From Octopus vulgaris (taxonomy: Eukaryota), in the NCBI GenBank assembly GCA_951406725.2, contig OX597823.1:97960001-98024000 (forward strand): a stretch of 64,000 nucleotides of DNA. The letters run 5' to 3'. The notes under the pieces are model-generated. The model saw only the letters and a program-made list of their open reading frames with translations. It did not search any database and had not been told where the DNA came from. Within the stretch, counting starts at the first letter, position 1. The number at the start of each line of letters is the position of its first letter. This document shows, piece by piece, positions 39,490-51,534 of this stretch. The position numbers and the translations under genes were made by a program.

Positions 39490-40032
39490 CCGTTTAACGT
39501 CTGCTTTCCATGCTAGCATGGGTTGGACGATTTTGACTGAGGGCTGGCAAGCCAGACATCCGCACCAGGCTCCAATCTTGATCTGGCAGAGTTTCTACAG
39601 CTGGTTGCCCTTCCTAACGCCAACCGCTCCGAGAGTGTAGTGAGTGCTTTTTACGTGCCACCAGCATGGGGCCAGTCAGGCGGTACTGGCAATGACCTCG
39701 CTCGAATCTTTTTACACATGTCACTGGCACAGGTGCCAGTAAGGCGACTTTGGTAATGATCACGCTCAAATGGTGCCCTTTTACGTGCCACTGGCACGAA
39801 ACCAGTTGGCTGCTCTGGCAACGATCACCCTCGGATGGTGCTCTTGGCACCCTACTAGCACGGGCACAAGTGCCAGTAAGGTGACGCTGGTAACGATCAC
39901 ACTCGAATGGTGCCCTTTTATGTGTCACTGGCATGGAAGCCGGTTAGCCACTCTGTCAACGATCACACTTGTATGGTGCTCTTTGCACCCCGCTAGCATG
40001 GATGCCAGTCGTCGAATTTGATGTTGATTTTG
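39490..40032 (-). mobile_element. RTE-type 3' tail element with expanded tandem units
   Basis: Same tail as 35041-35500. Close inverted relative of 51535-52130. Confidence 0.82.
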
Positions 40033-41588
40033 ATTTATGTTACAAATATATATTTTGAAGGAGAGTGAATGTATAAGTGGAGATTGTGATATTTGTATAG
40101 CAATAAAATGTCGTTACCGTATATATAACAATTATAGTGTGTATTTGTTTCATAGGAGAAAACCTGAGTGATGTATGCTTGTTGACTGTGATATTTGAAT
40201 AGTAATATAATATGGTTGTTATTTGTAACAGAACCATAATATTTGCATGGCAGTTCAAACATCTTTTAGAAAACTGAATTTCTTTAGTATGGGATGACTG
40301 CTTTTGAGATGCTACAAAAAAGTTGACTCCTGATTTAGAAGCAAGAGTCAATTTGTGCTATTAGACTAGTTGTATTGGGGTAAATTAATGTGCAGTAAAG
40401 ATTTTAAATCGTTCTCATTTTGTGATTCATTTAATGTTGGTGAGACTGATAGCTTTGAAGATCTAAAAAAGTGTTGCAGTGTTAAGATGGTCTAGGTGCA
40501 TTCCAGTAAGATCTCACAGCTACTTATCAGAGATGGGTTGGTATTTAATAATGTCCAAAGTGTATTTAAATACCGTTTTTAATGTGGAGTTGTGAACTTG
40601 AAAATAAAATTCCCTATGTTATTTGTGGTCTGAGGAGCAAGAAAACTTTGGCAAGTGGTACCACAGCTGAAATTTTTTAGTTTTTATCTTTGTTGAAACT
40701 CACACTTATCTCCAATGTGACTTATTCTTAAGTTTTGTTGGTTAAGTATTCATTCTTGGCAAACTACTAAACTTCAAACACTTGCAGAGAGGATCTTATA
40801 TGAGTCGGTATGGATTTCACAGCTAACATAGTATTCTATTCAAGTGAAGGGGAAATACAGAAAGCAGCAGGGGGGCCTCAATAGTCAGGCAAGTTAGGAC
40901 AGCAATATACCTTTGTAAAGCTCACAAAAACAACATACCAAAATAACTATTGTATTTCTTGGCCTCTCAAAAATATTTGATTCTGCTACCCATCTTGATG
41001 GTCTTCAGCTCCACTACTAGATTTAACAAAGTAAGGTTGAGTTAATGCAGGAGTTTTCATGGCACCATAGGGTATGGTTGAAAAAAAGATGGTATAGTCA
41101 TGGCTGAAACTTCTTTTATGATTTGTTTGCGTGATTAAATTGTTCAGATGAATATCTGAAAATTTGGCATTCGCTGTGATTTTTAACTGGGCTGTATCTT
41201 GACTCTCACCTTATTTGGTAATGTTGTCTTAGTGCTACTTCCTCATGCCTTCCTTTTACCATCAAGCATACTGTTCATTTCTTGAAGTGAAGACATCTCA
41301 AGGGTGTGCATTCAGTTACACTTTAACACATATGATAATGATTTTGTAGGGGAATGACCTGCAATAGTTCTGGAAGACATTCTTCTCTGTGTGTTGTAAG
41401 TTCGTAATGAAAATAAACCTGTCAAGAATTGTTAATCTCCATAATAAAGATCTGACTCTACCCAATAAATGCTTTGAGAAAACAAGTCTTTTGCTGCAAT
41501 GGAAACCTTACTGCATCTCAGATTGCAAATATAGTCACTCTTGATGCTAAGTTGGACTTTCACATAAGAAAAACAACAGTGACCTTCA

Positions 41589-41655
<67 letters not shown>

Positions 41656-42469
41656 ATATTTAGATGTGTGTGGTGTAGTTAAAAACTTACCCAATAGACT
41701 AAAAATAAAGCATGTAACTTCTGCATTATATTAGATCTGGACCATCTGTTGCATAAAATACTAGGAACTCAATGCCTTTCACTTTTTTGTGTATATCAAA
41801 TTTAGGTTTCACCATTAAGGGACCAAATCTTTAATATTTGGGTGCTACTATTGCCAGCGACAACAGACATGCTTACACTGTAATTACACATCTTACTAGT
41901 CAGTTGCCTACTACACCAAACAGGGCTTGTCTCATATAAATGGTGTCTATTTACAAAAAGGAACAGAGTAACAATCATATATACAACTTGAACAGACACA
42001 CATGCAGACACGTCTACACACGTACATAAATACTCACATATATACATGCATGTACACATCTACGTACATGCACACATACATAAACACATATATATCATGA
42101 ACTTTTTAACCTTGGTGTGAAATAGTTTTTTTCCCTAGGGTTTTTTTCTAGTGCGTTCAATGTTATCTTGCCTCCAAAGATTTGGCTGCTATTTCTAACA
42201 TGCCCTGCTACTACGTGATAATTATTTCCGATAAGGGATCTGACATACCTGTTATGTAGTAGCAGCTAAATTTTTCCTTTTCTTGGTGAAAGGAGCCATT
42301 TACGTGTGATTTTGATGTCACATTCATTGAAAGCATGTAAAATAACCTGGAAAAGAAAAGACCCATGAAACAAAACTCCGTTGCTGGGAAACTCAGTTTC
42401 CCAGTGACCCAACAGGTAGTCTAATAGATATATATATATATATCTAGAGATTTATAAATGTGTAATGTA

Positions 42470-42620
42470 GGAGTGGCTGTGTGGTAAGTAGATTGTTTAC
42501 CATCATGGTTCCAGGTTCAGTCCCACAGCATGTCACCTTGAGTAAGTGTCTTCTACTATAGCCTTGTGAGTGGATTTGGTAGACGAAAACTGAAAGAAGC
42601 CCGTTGTATATGTATGTGTA

Positions 42621-42665
<45 letters not shown>

Positions 42666-42797
42666 ATGTTTGTGTATCTGTGTCCCCCACCATCGCATGA
42701 TGGCCGATGCTGGTGTGTTTGCACCCCCTTAACTTCAACTAAATGTGGTGCTCCAGCATGGCCGCAGTCAAATGACTGAAACAAAAGAGTAAAAAAG
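42470..42797 (+). mobile_element. SINE family B, internally deleted
   Basis: GTGGCTGTGTGGTAAG head, central TA/TG microsatellite, tail GCTCCAGCATGGCCGCAGTCAAATGACTGAAAC. Confidence 0.82.
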
Positions 42798-43464
42798 GTA
42801 TATATTTATGTGTGTGCATATATATATATATATATACATACATACATACATAGGTATATATGTTTGTGCATTCAACTATGCTAGTGGTTGAATAATATTC
42901 TTAAGGCCACAATTTACTCACATGCAGCATATTTCATAGCTTGTTGCTAATTCAGTTCTTCACCAAATGGAAAATCATTAACCTTTTTGAAGAGGACTGG
43001 TCCCTAGCTACATTTTGGCATAAAAAAAAGATTGAGATTTGGTCAAGTAGAAAATTAAGCTTAAATGATAGAGCTCAATTCGAGTAATTTCATGGTATCA
43101 ATCTCATGCAATGAAGTTTTAAAAAATGTTATGAGTGTTTATTTCTCAAATTTGATGGTGATAATATAGTTCTATACTTTTTTATGAATATAGTTCTATA
43201 AGGGGACTTTTAATGCATGTCACCAGCATCATTGAGGTAAGGAAAAAATTATTAACGACACCGCTAATCGACACATTTGACACATTATTAATTAGCATAA
43301 TAGCATAGCCTGGAAAAAACATGGATTACATGGAAAAATGTGAGCAAGAGAAATAATATTCTTAAGATTGTAAACCTGGAAAATTACAGGGCAAATTATT
43401 ATACTTGGAGAAGTTCAGGACAGCTTATTACATCTGATAAAGTACAGAACAAGAACATTTTTTT

Positions 43465-44090
43465 TTGTCTATGGAAACTGGGGATAGACAAATGGTTGGT
43501 AAGAGCTGTACAAACCCTGTATAGGGATGCTGTCATTAAGGTGAGGGTTGGCAACGAGTATAGTGAAGAATTCCAGGTAGAAGTAGGGGTTCATCAAGGA
43601 TCAGTCCTCAGCATTCTCTTATTCATCATAGCCCTCCAGGCAGTAACAGGAATTCCAGACAGGCTGCCCCTGGGAGCTCCTCTATGCTGATGACCTTGCT
43701 CTAATTGCTGAATCACTGCCAGAACTAGAGATGAAGTTTAGGGTGTGGAAGCAAGGTTTAGAATCGAAGGTCCTTAGAGTTAACCTAGCAAGAACCAAAG
43801 TCTTGGTAAGTAGGAGGGCTGACAAATCACAAACTCCTTCAAGTAGATGGCCCTGCTTGATCTGTAGAAAAGTTGTGGGTAGAAACTCGATACGATGTAC
43901 CTGGTGTAAGGTATGGACACATAAAAGGTGCGGCAATATCAAAGGAAGGTTACCAGGAAGATAGCTTTTGTGTGTGGCAGATGCTCAGGGGCAATAAACA
44001 CTGAAGATGTACAGAAAACAAATTCCATCACTTGCTAAGGAGAAAAACTAGAAGTAGCTCATAGCTTCTGCTACCTAGGCGACCAAGTCT
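43465..44090 (+). mobile_element. RTE LINE fragment (RT C-terminal part)
   Basis: GVHQGSVLS, LLYADDL and WPCLICRKVVGRNSIRCTWCKVWTHKRC, with frameshifts. Confidence 0.9.
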
Positions 44091-44193
44091 GTAGATTCCG
44101 AGTTTGATTCCAGGCAGTGACCTGAATAATAATAATAATTATAACATTGAAAAATACCTTAGGAATGAGAACCCATGTTCAAGATTTCCCCAA

Positions 44194-44240
44194 GGCACCT
44201 GATGAAGGCTGGAGGGTATATCAGCCAAAACGTTGTTATC
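44194..44240 (+). ncRNA. Decayed minimal type I hammerhead ribozyme motif (Penelope-type)
   Basis: CTGATGA (44199-44205), A, stem II GGCTG/CAGCC, then AAAACGTT where GAAACGTH is expected. Confidence 0.55.
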
Positions 44241-44289
44241 AACAAACAAGATGTGGACTAATATCCATCAAATGTAAATAATGCAAATA

Positions 44290-44680
44290 ATGCACACATA
44301 CCTAACACACATACACCTACATACATCAACACATGTACACATAGCTATGCGCATACACGCACAAGAACGCACATACCTCCACACCCACAACCCTACATAC
44401 ACATATACACACACTTGCACATAAATGCACACATACCTCCCACACACAAACAATGCGCACATACATACACATACACAATTACACATACATGGGTGTATAC
44501 ACACGCACATACATGCACCCACCCACACATGCACATTTAATTCCGCATACACACAACCCCATGCACATATACACACATGCACACTCACACATGCAGACAT
44601 GACACACAACATATACATACACACACACACACACATACATACATGCACACACATACATACACATGCACACACGTACTTCA
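44290..44680. repeat. Degenerate (CA/TACA)n microsatellite
   Basis: Direct reading. Explains the His/Thr-rich and Cys/Val-rich ORFs. Confidence 0.9.
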
Positions 44681-44836
44681 AACTGCCATTCAAACACATT
44701 TCTACTGACTATGCAACATGTGAAGACACACAACTCCACAAAGGACCACCACTCCTGTTACCATGCTGCTGAATTCTTCCTACAACATTAAGTGACACAA
44801 AGTTCACTCACACATACACATATAAACAGCCAACAC

Positions 44837-44867
<31 letters not shown>

Positions 44868-45023
44868 TTGCACTCACACATACCTCCTTCTCTTACACTC
44901 TCCTGTCTTTGAAAGAACTTTTTCTTCACCCATTCCCTTCTGGTCATTTCAAAATGTAACCACATGTGAATCGGTGGTGATATTTTTTTTTCTCTGTCTC
45001 CGTTTTCTATTAGACGTTCCTCT

Positions 45024-45058
45024 GTTTCTGAAGAAGAGCTTTGCTCAAAACATTAAAC
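45024..45058 (+). ncRNA. Decayed minimal type I hammerhead ribozyme motif (Penelope-type)
   Basis: Stem I GTTT/AAAC, CTGAAGA, A, stem II GAGC-TTT-GCTC, then AAAACATT where GAAACGTT is expected. Confidence 0.5.
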
Positions 45059-45792
45059 CACCTGTCTTTCCTTCCCTGAGCATCTGCTAATACTTTACGA
45101 GCACAACGTCCTCGTAGTTGTGGGTTTTTTTGTGTTTTTACTTAGTTTTTTTTTTTTATTTACTATATATAAATGTATATAAACAGAACAAGAACACTTG
45201 TAGAAAAGTGTATAATATCTTTCTGATACTTTTGTCTGAAGAATTACTGATAGCAAAGTCTGTACATTTTTTCTGCTTGTATATATTTTTGATTCCTGTC
45301 CTATAATTTTGCCATTCCTCTGTGATATGTGTATATATGTATGCATGTACGTATATATGCATATTTATATGTGTATATGTGTGTGTTCACATGCATGCAT
45401 GCATATATGTGTGTAGGATGACCTCAGGACACTGAGCCTTACAGAAGTGCTGAGAAGGGTCAAAATATCTGGACCTTTGTTGTACTCAAGAAGACACATT
45501 CTCCCCAGCAGAATTAATGCCACTCCCCTTGCTAAAAGGGATTGGCCTTCAAGAGCCTTGTGTTGGTGTCACATAACAGCACTCATGCTGGTGCCATGTA
45601 AAAAGCTCTTCTGCCTGCACCATGTAATAGCATTAAGAAAGGCATCCAGCTGTAGAAACCAGGCCAAATCAGACTGGGACCTGGTGCAGCTCTTCTGCTT
45701 GTCAACTGTAGTCAAACCATCCAACCCATGCCAACATGGAAATTTCGGGCGTTAAATGATGATGTATATACCTGTTTGCATGTGTCTATGTA

Positions 45793-46128
45793 TCATCATC
45801 ATTGTTTAACGTTCGCTTTCCATGCTAGCATGGGTTCGACGATTTGACTGAGGACTGGCAAACTAGAAGGCTGCACCAGGCTTCAATCTTGATCTGGCAG
45901 AGTTTCTACAGTTGGATGCCCTTCCTAACGCCAACCACTCCGAGAGTGTAGTGGGTGCTGTTACGTGCCACCGGCACGGGCGCCAGTCAGGCGGTACTGG
46001 CAACGGCCACACTCAAATGGTGCTTTTTATGTACCACCTGCACAGGAGCCAGTCCAGCGGCACTGGCAACGACCTCGCTCGAATGTTTTTTCACATGCCA
46101 CCAACACAAGTACCAGTAAGGCGACACA
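45793..46128 (-). mobile_element. RTE-type 3' tail element
   Basis: Same tail and tandem units as 35041-35360. Confidence 0.82.
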
Positions 46129-46716
46129 GGTATATACATGTTAATGTATATACATGTGTGAATGCATCAAATTTGTACTGTGTATATATTTTGTATATTC
46201 ACTAACATTGATAGAAATAGTACTTTTTGAGTGGATCAAAGGCCAATTTTTGTGAGTATAGTTAACAGTACTTTCTTTATCAGCCCTTCTGAAAGATTAA
46301 AAGGAAAAGTCATGATGAAGTAAAGCGATAGGGTGGTAGTGTAATTCCAGTTTGTGTTTTAGGTTCTCTTTTTGCTTCTTTTATGTAGTGATAGCCACAC
46401 CTAGAAAACTATTGTGTCTGCTTGTTATGGCCTCAGGACTCGGAAATACTTAGAAGCAAACAGTAAGATGTTTTCCAGTGTGTCGTATCAAGAAGATAAG
46501 GTGTGGGTGGAGGCTTTCAATTTACCAAACATTATTTCAAATTGTATCATTATCATTAAGAAATTTATCCAAACTATTGTAGGTGCACTGGCGCTCAATG
46601 ACTATAAAAATATCAAATAGCTAATAAGAGCTAAGTCAAGAAAAATTCAGATTTTTAAGGGATTAATCTTGGATTGAACAAAGAATATATATCTGTATTC
46701 TAAAATTGTATTATAT

Positions 46717-46872
46717 GTGGTTGTGTGGTAAGTAGCTTGCTTACGAACCACATGGTTCCGGGTTCAGTCCCATTGCGTGGCACCTTGGGCAAGTGTCTTC
46801 TACTATAGCCTCAGGCCGACCAAAGCCTTGTGAGTGGATTTGGTAGACGAAAACTGAAAGAAGCCAGTCATA

Positions 46873-46920
<48 letters not shown>

Positions 46921-47170
46921 GTGTGCACGTGTGTGTTTGTGTATCTTTATGTGTCGGTGTTTGTTCCCCCCTCCCAACATCGCTTGACAACCAATGCTGG
47001 TCTGTTTACATCCCCGTAACTTAGCGGTTCGGCACAAGAGACCGATAGAATAAGTACTAGGCTTACAAAGAATAAGTCCTTACAAAGAATAACCGTGGTC
47101 AATTTGCTCGACTAAAAGGTTGTGCTCCAGCATGGCCACAGTCAAATGACTGAAACAAGTAAAAGAGTAT
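46717..47170 (+). mobile_element. SINE family B, full-length
   Basis: tRNA-like head (GGGTTCAGTCCC), CORE-like ACCTTGGGCAAGTG, central microsatellite, LINE-related 3' tail. Confidence 0.85.
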
Positions 47171-47874
47171 ATGGGGTGATAAGTACATGTCGGCTTAAGA
47201 AAATTGATGTTATAATGGAGCTTTGAGTCTGGATCAAGTTGTTGCTTTACATTAGAGTATTTCGATCGGTTATTATCTGTTCCAGAGAAAGTGAATGTAA
47301 CAATGAAAGTCCTGACAGTAACAGTGATTTTAAAATAAATAGTAAAATGAGGGACTGAAAGCTAATCTTAGGAATATTAGGGTTATTTATGTAACCAAGC
47401 ACACAACCTGATTTAATTTGTTTTATGATCCTAATTTCACTGGCATTAGTAAAGTATTTGGATTATTGGAATCTTTATAAGAATGAAAACTTTACAATTT
47501 ACTTCTAGCATATTTATTTATTTAATATAATCCCTCTGCAACTACTAAGTCTGTGCTTTTTGCAGACATAAACAAAGTTTATTATTTGTTAAGTTGAAAG
47601 ATTAATTTGTAGTAATTGAATGAAAGAAATTTATTCTAAACTGTGTTCATGAGAAGGAAAAAAAAAAATATCCTTCTCAATTGCCCAGTGCAACTATAAA
47701 CAAGTTACTCACGGATTTAAACAATTGAAGCATGGTCCAAATTGGTCAGTATTTTCTTAAAGTGCAATGTTCTATTCATATCCTACAAGGAGCAAATTTT
47801 TGCACTATTGATGGTCAAGTATCTATCAGTGGCTTAAAACTATTAAATGTTATATGTATGTATATATACATAAG

Positions 47875-49157
47875 GAAGGCTAACTAGGAAGATGGTTTTT
47901 GTATGTGGCAGATGCTCGGGAGCATAAACCTCTGAAAATCTGCAGAAAACAACTTCCGTCACTTTCCAGGGGGAAAAACTAGAAGTAGTTGATAGCTTCC
48001 GTTATCTTGGTGACCAAGTCAGTAGTGGGGGTGGGTGTACTGAAAGTGTAACGACTAGAGTAAGAATAGCCTGGGCAAAGTTTAGGGAGCTCTTACCTTT
48101 GCTGGTGACTAAAGGCCTCTCGCTCAGAGTAAAAGGCAGACTGTATGATGCATGTGTACAAACAGCCATGCTACATGGCAGTGAAACATGGGCCGTGACT
48201 GCTGAGGACATGCGTAAGCTCGCGAGAAATGAAGCCAGTATGCTCCGATGGATGTGTAATGTCAGTGTGCATGCTCGACAGAGCGTTAGTACCCTGAGAG
48301 AAATGTTGGACCTAAGGAGCATCAGTTGTGGTGTGCAAGAGAGACGATTGCGCTGGTATGGTCATGTGGCGAGAATGGATGAAGATAGGTGTGTGAAAAA
48401 GTGCCAATCCCTAGCAGTGGAGGGAACCTGTGGAAGAGGTAGACCCAGGAAAACTTGGGACGAGGTGGTGAAGCACAACCTTCGAACTTTAGGTCTCACT
48501 GAGGAAATGACCAGTGACCGAGACCTTTGGAAATATGCTGTGCGTGAAAAGACCAGGCAGGACAAGTGAGTCCAGCCTACTTATGCATGCCTTTCCTCCT
48601 TTGGACACACAAAGACCTGTTGAGGCAAGCGAAGTCGATATCAAACCTCATCCGACGACAGGCACCTATGCCAACTCCCCCTTGCTTGCGAAGACCTGTT
48701 GGGGCAAGTGAAATCGGAATCAAAATTGAACCAATCCTATGACTAGCACCCGGCAGATGCCAGGACCCCTGGACTGGAGATACGTAAAAAGCACTATCTG
48801 AATCGTGGCCGATGCCAGTGCCGCCTCGACTGGCTTCCGTGTCGGTGGCACGTAAAAAGCACCATCCGAATCGTGGCCGAAGCCAGTGCCGCCTCGACTG
48901 GCTTCCGTGCAGGTGGCACGTAAAATGCACCAATCCGACCGTGGTCGTTGCCAGCCTCGTCTGGCACCTTTGCCAGTGGCACGTAAAAAGCACCCACTAC
49001 ACTCACGGAGTGGTTGGCGTTAGGAAGGGCATCCAGCTGTAGAAACATTGCCAGATAAGACCGGAGCCTGGTGCAGCCTCCTGGCTTCCCAGATCCCCGG
49101 TCGAACCGTCCAACCCATGCTAGCATGGAGAACGGACGTTAAACAATGATGATGATA
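47875..49157 (+). mobile_element. 5'-truncated RTE LINE: ORF C-terminus and complete 3' UTR
   Basis: ORF ends at 48569 (AMLHGSETW...RLRWYGHV...GRGRPRKTW). 3' UTR has tandem units spaced 68, 68 and 63 bp and a (GAT)n tail. Confidence 0.92.
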
Positions 49158-49540
49158 TATCATCATCGTTTAACGTCTGTTTTCCATGCTAGCATGGGTT
49201 GGACGGTTCAACCGGGGTTTGGGAAGCCAGGAGGCTGCACCAGGCCCCAGTTTGATCTGGCAGTGTTTCTACAGCTGGATGCCCTTCCTAAAGCCAACCA
49301 CTCCGTGAGTGTAGTGGGTGCTTTTTGCATGCCACTGGCTCAGGTGCCAGGCGAGGCTGGCAATGGCCATGATCGGTTGGTGCTTTTTACATGCCACCGG
49401 CACAGAAGCCAGTCAAGGCGGCACTGGCATCGGCCATGTTCGGATGGTGCATTTTACGTGCCACCAGCACAGGTATCACAACTACAATTTCCATTTGATT
49501 TTTTGATGTTGATGTACTTGACTCAATAGGTCTCCTCAAG
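49158..49540 (-). mobile_element. RTE-type 3' tail element, tail-to-tail with the preceding copy
   Basis: Reverse complement of about 48840-49157. Confidence 0.87.
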
Positions 49541-49569
49541 CACAGTGTGTGTGTATATATATATATCAT

Positions 49570-50120
49570 TGTCATCATCATCATTTAACGTCCGCTTTCG
49601 ATGCTAGCATGGGGTGGACGATTTGACTGAGGAAGGGCAAATCAGATGGCTGCACCAGGCTCCAATCTAATCTGGCAGAGTTTCTACAGCTGGATGCCCT
49701 TCCTAACGCCAACCACTCCGAGAGTGCAGTGGGTGCTTTTACGTGCCGCCAGCACGAGGGCCAGTCAGGCAGTACTGGCTACGGCCACACACGAAATGGT
49801 GTTTCTTTACGTGCCACCTGCACCGGTGTCAGTCCAGCAGCACTGGCAATGACCTCGCTCGAATGTTTTTTCACGTGCCAGTAAGGCAATGCCCGTAATG
49901 ATCACACTCAAATGTTACTTTTTACGTGCCCACCGGCATGGAAGCCAGACAACTGGTCTGGCAGTGATCCCACTCGGATGGAGCTGTTAGCGCTCCATTG
50001 ACACAGGTGCCAGTCATCGAATTTGGTTCAATTTCGATTTCACTTGCTCCAACAGGTCTTCACAAGTAGAGTTTAGTGTCCAATGAAGGGAGGTTGGCAT
50101 GGGAGCCTGTCGTCGGATAT
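49570..50120 (-). mobile_element. RTE-type 3' tail element
   Basis: Collinear with about 35041-35570. Confidence 0.82.
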
Positions 50121-50284
50121 ATGATTTTGATTTTGATTTTGACTTTTCCAGTTTCAGCTAATGAGCTGTGGCCATGCTGGGGCACCGCCATTTAGGGGCC
50201 AGTCAGGCGGTACTGGCAATGACCTCGCTTGAATCTTTTTACACATGCCACCGGCACAGGTACCAGTAGGGCGACGTTGGTAAC

Positions 50285-51005
50285 AATCACCTGTTTTTTA
50301 TGCTTCTAAAATGAGCACCATGTCCAGCTTTGGTGATGTTGTGGCTATAGTTTCTGGGAAGTTCAGCCGATTCCTCAAGCTGCTGCAGGTGAGCCTTGGG
50401 AGGTGGGCCCAGCAGCTGATGTCTTCATGCCAAACATGACAAAGGCAAGTCTTCTTTGTTGGGTGGAGGCACTAGCTGTGTCTAATCCTACTGCAGATGG
50501 TGTCTGCTTTCATTTTCAGAACCTGTTTGTGTCTTCAGTGATAATACCCCTCTTTTGGACAGCTGCTAAGGATATGTTCCAGGGGTCGCTCTCTTCAGAC
50601 ATGGGTGGAGGATCAAGCTGATTACTCCACTGTTTCGTAGCAGAACAGGTTGGATGGACTTGGTAGGACATTGTAAATTGTCTGAGTCAGATATCCTACC
50701 TGGTGGGCTCTGCTTTCCAAAGCTCAGGCCATGAGATTTGCATTTCTTCACTAACTCCTATCTTAACCTTGCTCATCCTTAATCAATACTCACATCTTAC
50801 TCTATATCAGTAGGCTTCTGTCCATTCCTTGCCTCTGGTCAAAGTGAGGTATTGTGCTGCAACCCTGGTCGGCCTTTCCATGAGGTAAACCCACCAACAC
50901 TCTATCTTAAACTCAACTCTGCAGCCTCAACATTTTCCACTTCTCTTTTTCCCATCCTGCCTTGACCTTAATACCAGTCTGAGAGTTTGGTGGTCACAAG
51001 ACTTG
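50285..51005 (-). mobile_element. HERO-like (restriction-like-endonuclease) non-LTR retrotransposon relic
   Basis: Manual minus-strand translation across frameshifts: QTGIKVKAG, ISWPELWKAEP, IYNVLPSPSNLFC, LEHILSSCPK, RHKQVLK, ADTIC, LNFPETIATTSPKLDMVLI. This is the CCHC knuckle and (R)PD region order of HERO/NeSL-type ORFs. Confidence 0.78.
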
Positions 51006-51534
51006 GTATTGCCACATCTACCCAGTGGAAATTAAAAAAAAAAAAGATTTAACATAGTTGCTTATTGGTTAATATGTATGGAGCCAGATATGTGTTGAAA
51101 ACGATAGAAATTTCACTTTATGGTTAGGAAGGTTCAGTGAGTCCTTATAGCTCTGTACAAAGGAAATAATTTTAAAAATTTCTCCAATATATTGTAATAG
51201 CATTTAATCTCGTCTAAAATAGAAAAGCCTGTTTGTGCATTGTAAATACCTACAAAATATGTATAATTTGGAACAAGTATAAGGTTTTTTTTAGCTATTT
51301 ATAAAAATTATTTGTCATTGTACACTCCTAAAATATATACAAGTGTTAAACTTTTGTTTACTCAAATTGCACGTGGTTTCTTTCTCTTAATTTCTTTTCT
51401 TACATTACAATTTCTGTGCTTAAATCCAGTGCTTTATGCTTATATTGATGATTGTGTTCTGTAGTAGCTAGCTTTATAATTTCTGTGACTAATTTTTAAT
51501 TTTAACTCTTATGTACTATTATCATTAACCATTG

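Noticed and set aside
44268-44772. His/Thr-rich and Cys/Val-rich ORFs
   Set aside because: Translations of a degenerate CA microsatellite.
45095-45125. HDV-like ribozyme P3/L3 look-alike (AACGTCCTCGTAGTT)
   Set aside because: I could not build P1, P1.1, P2 and P4 around it.
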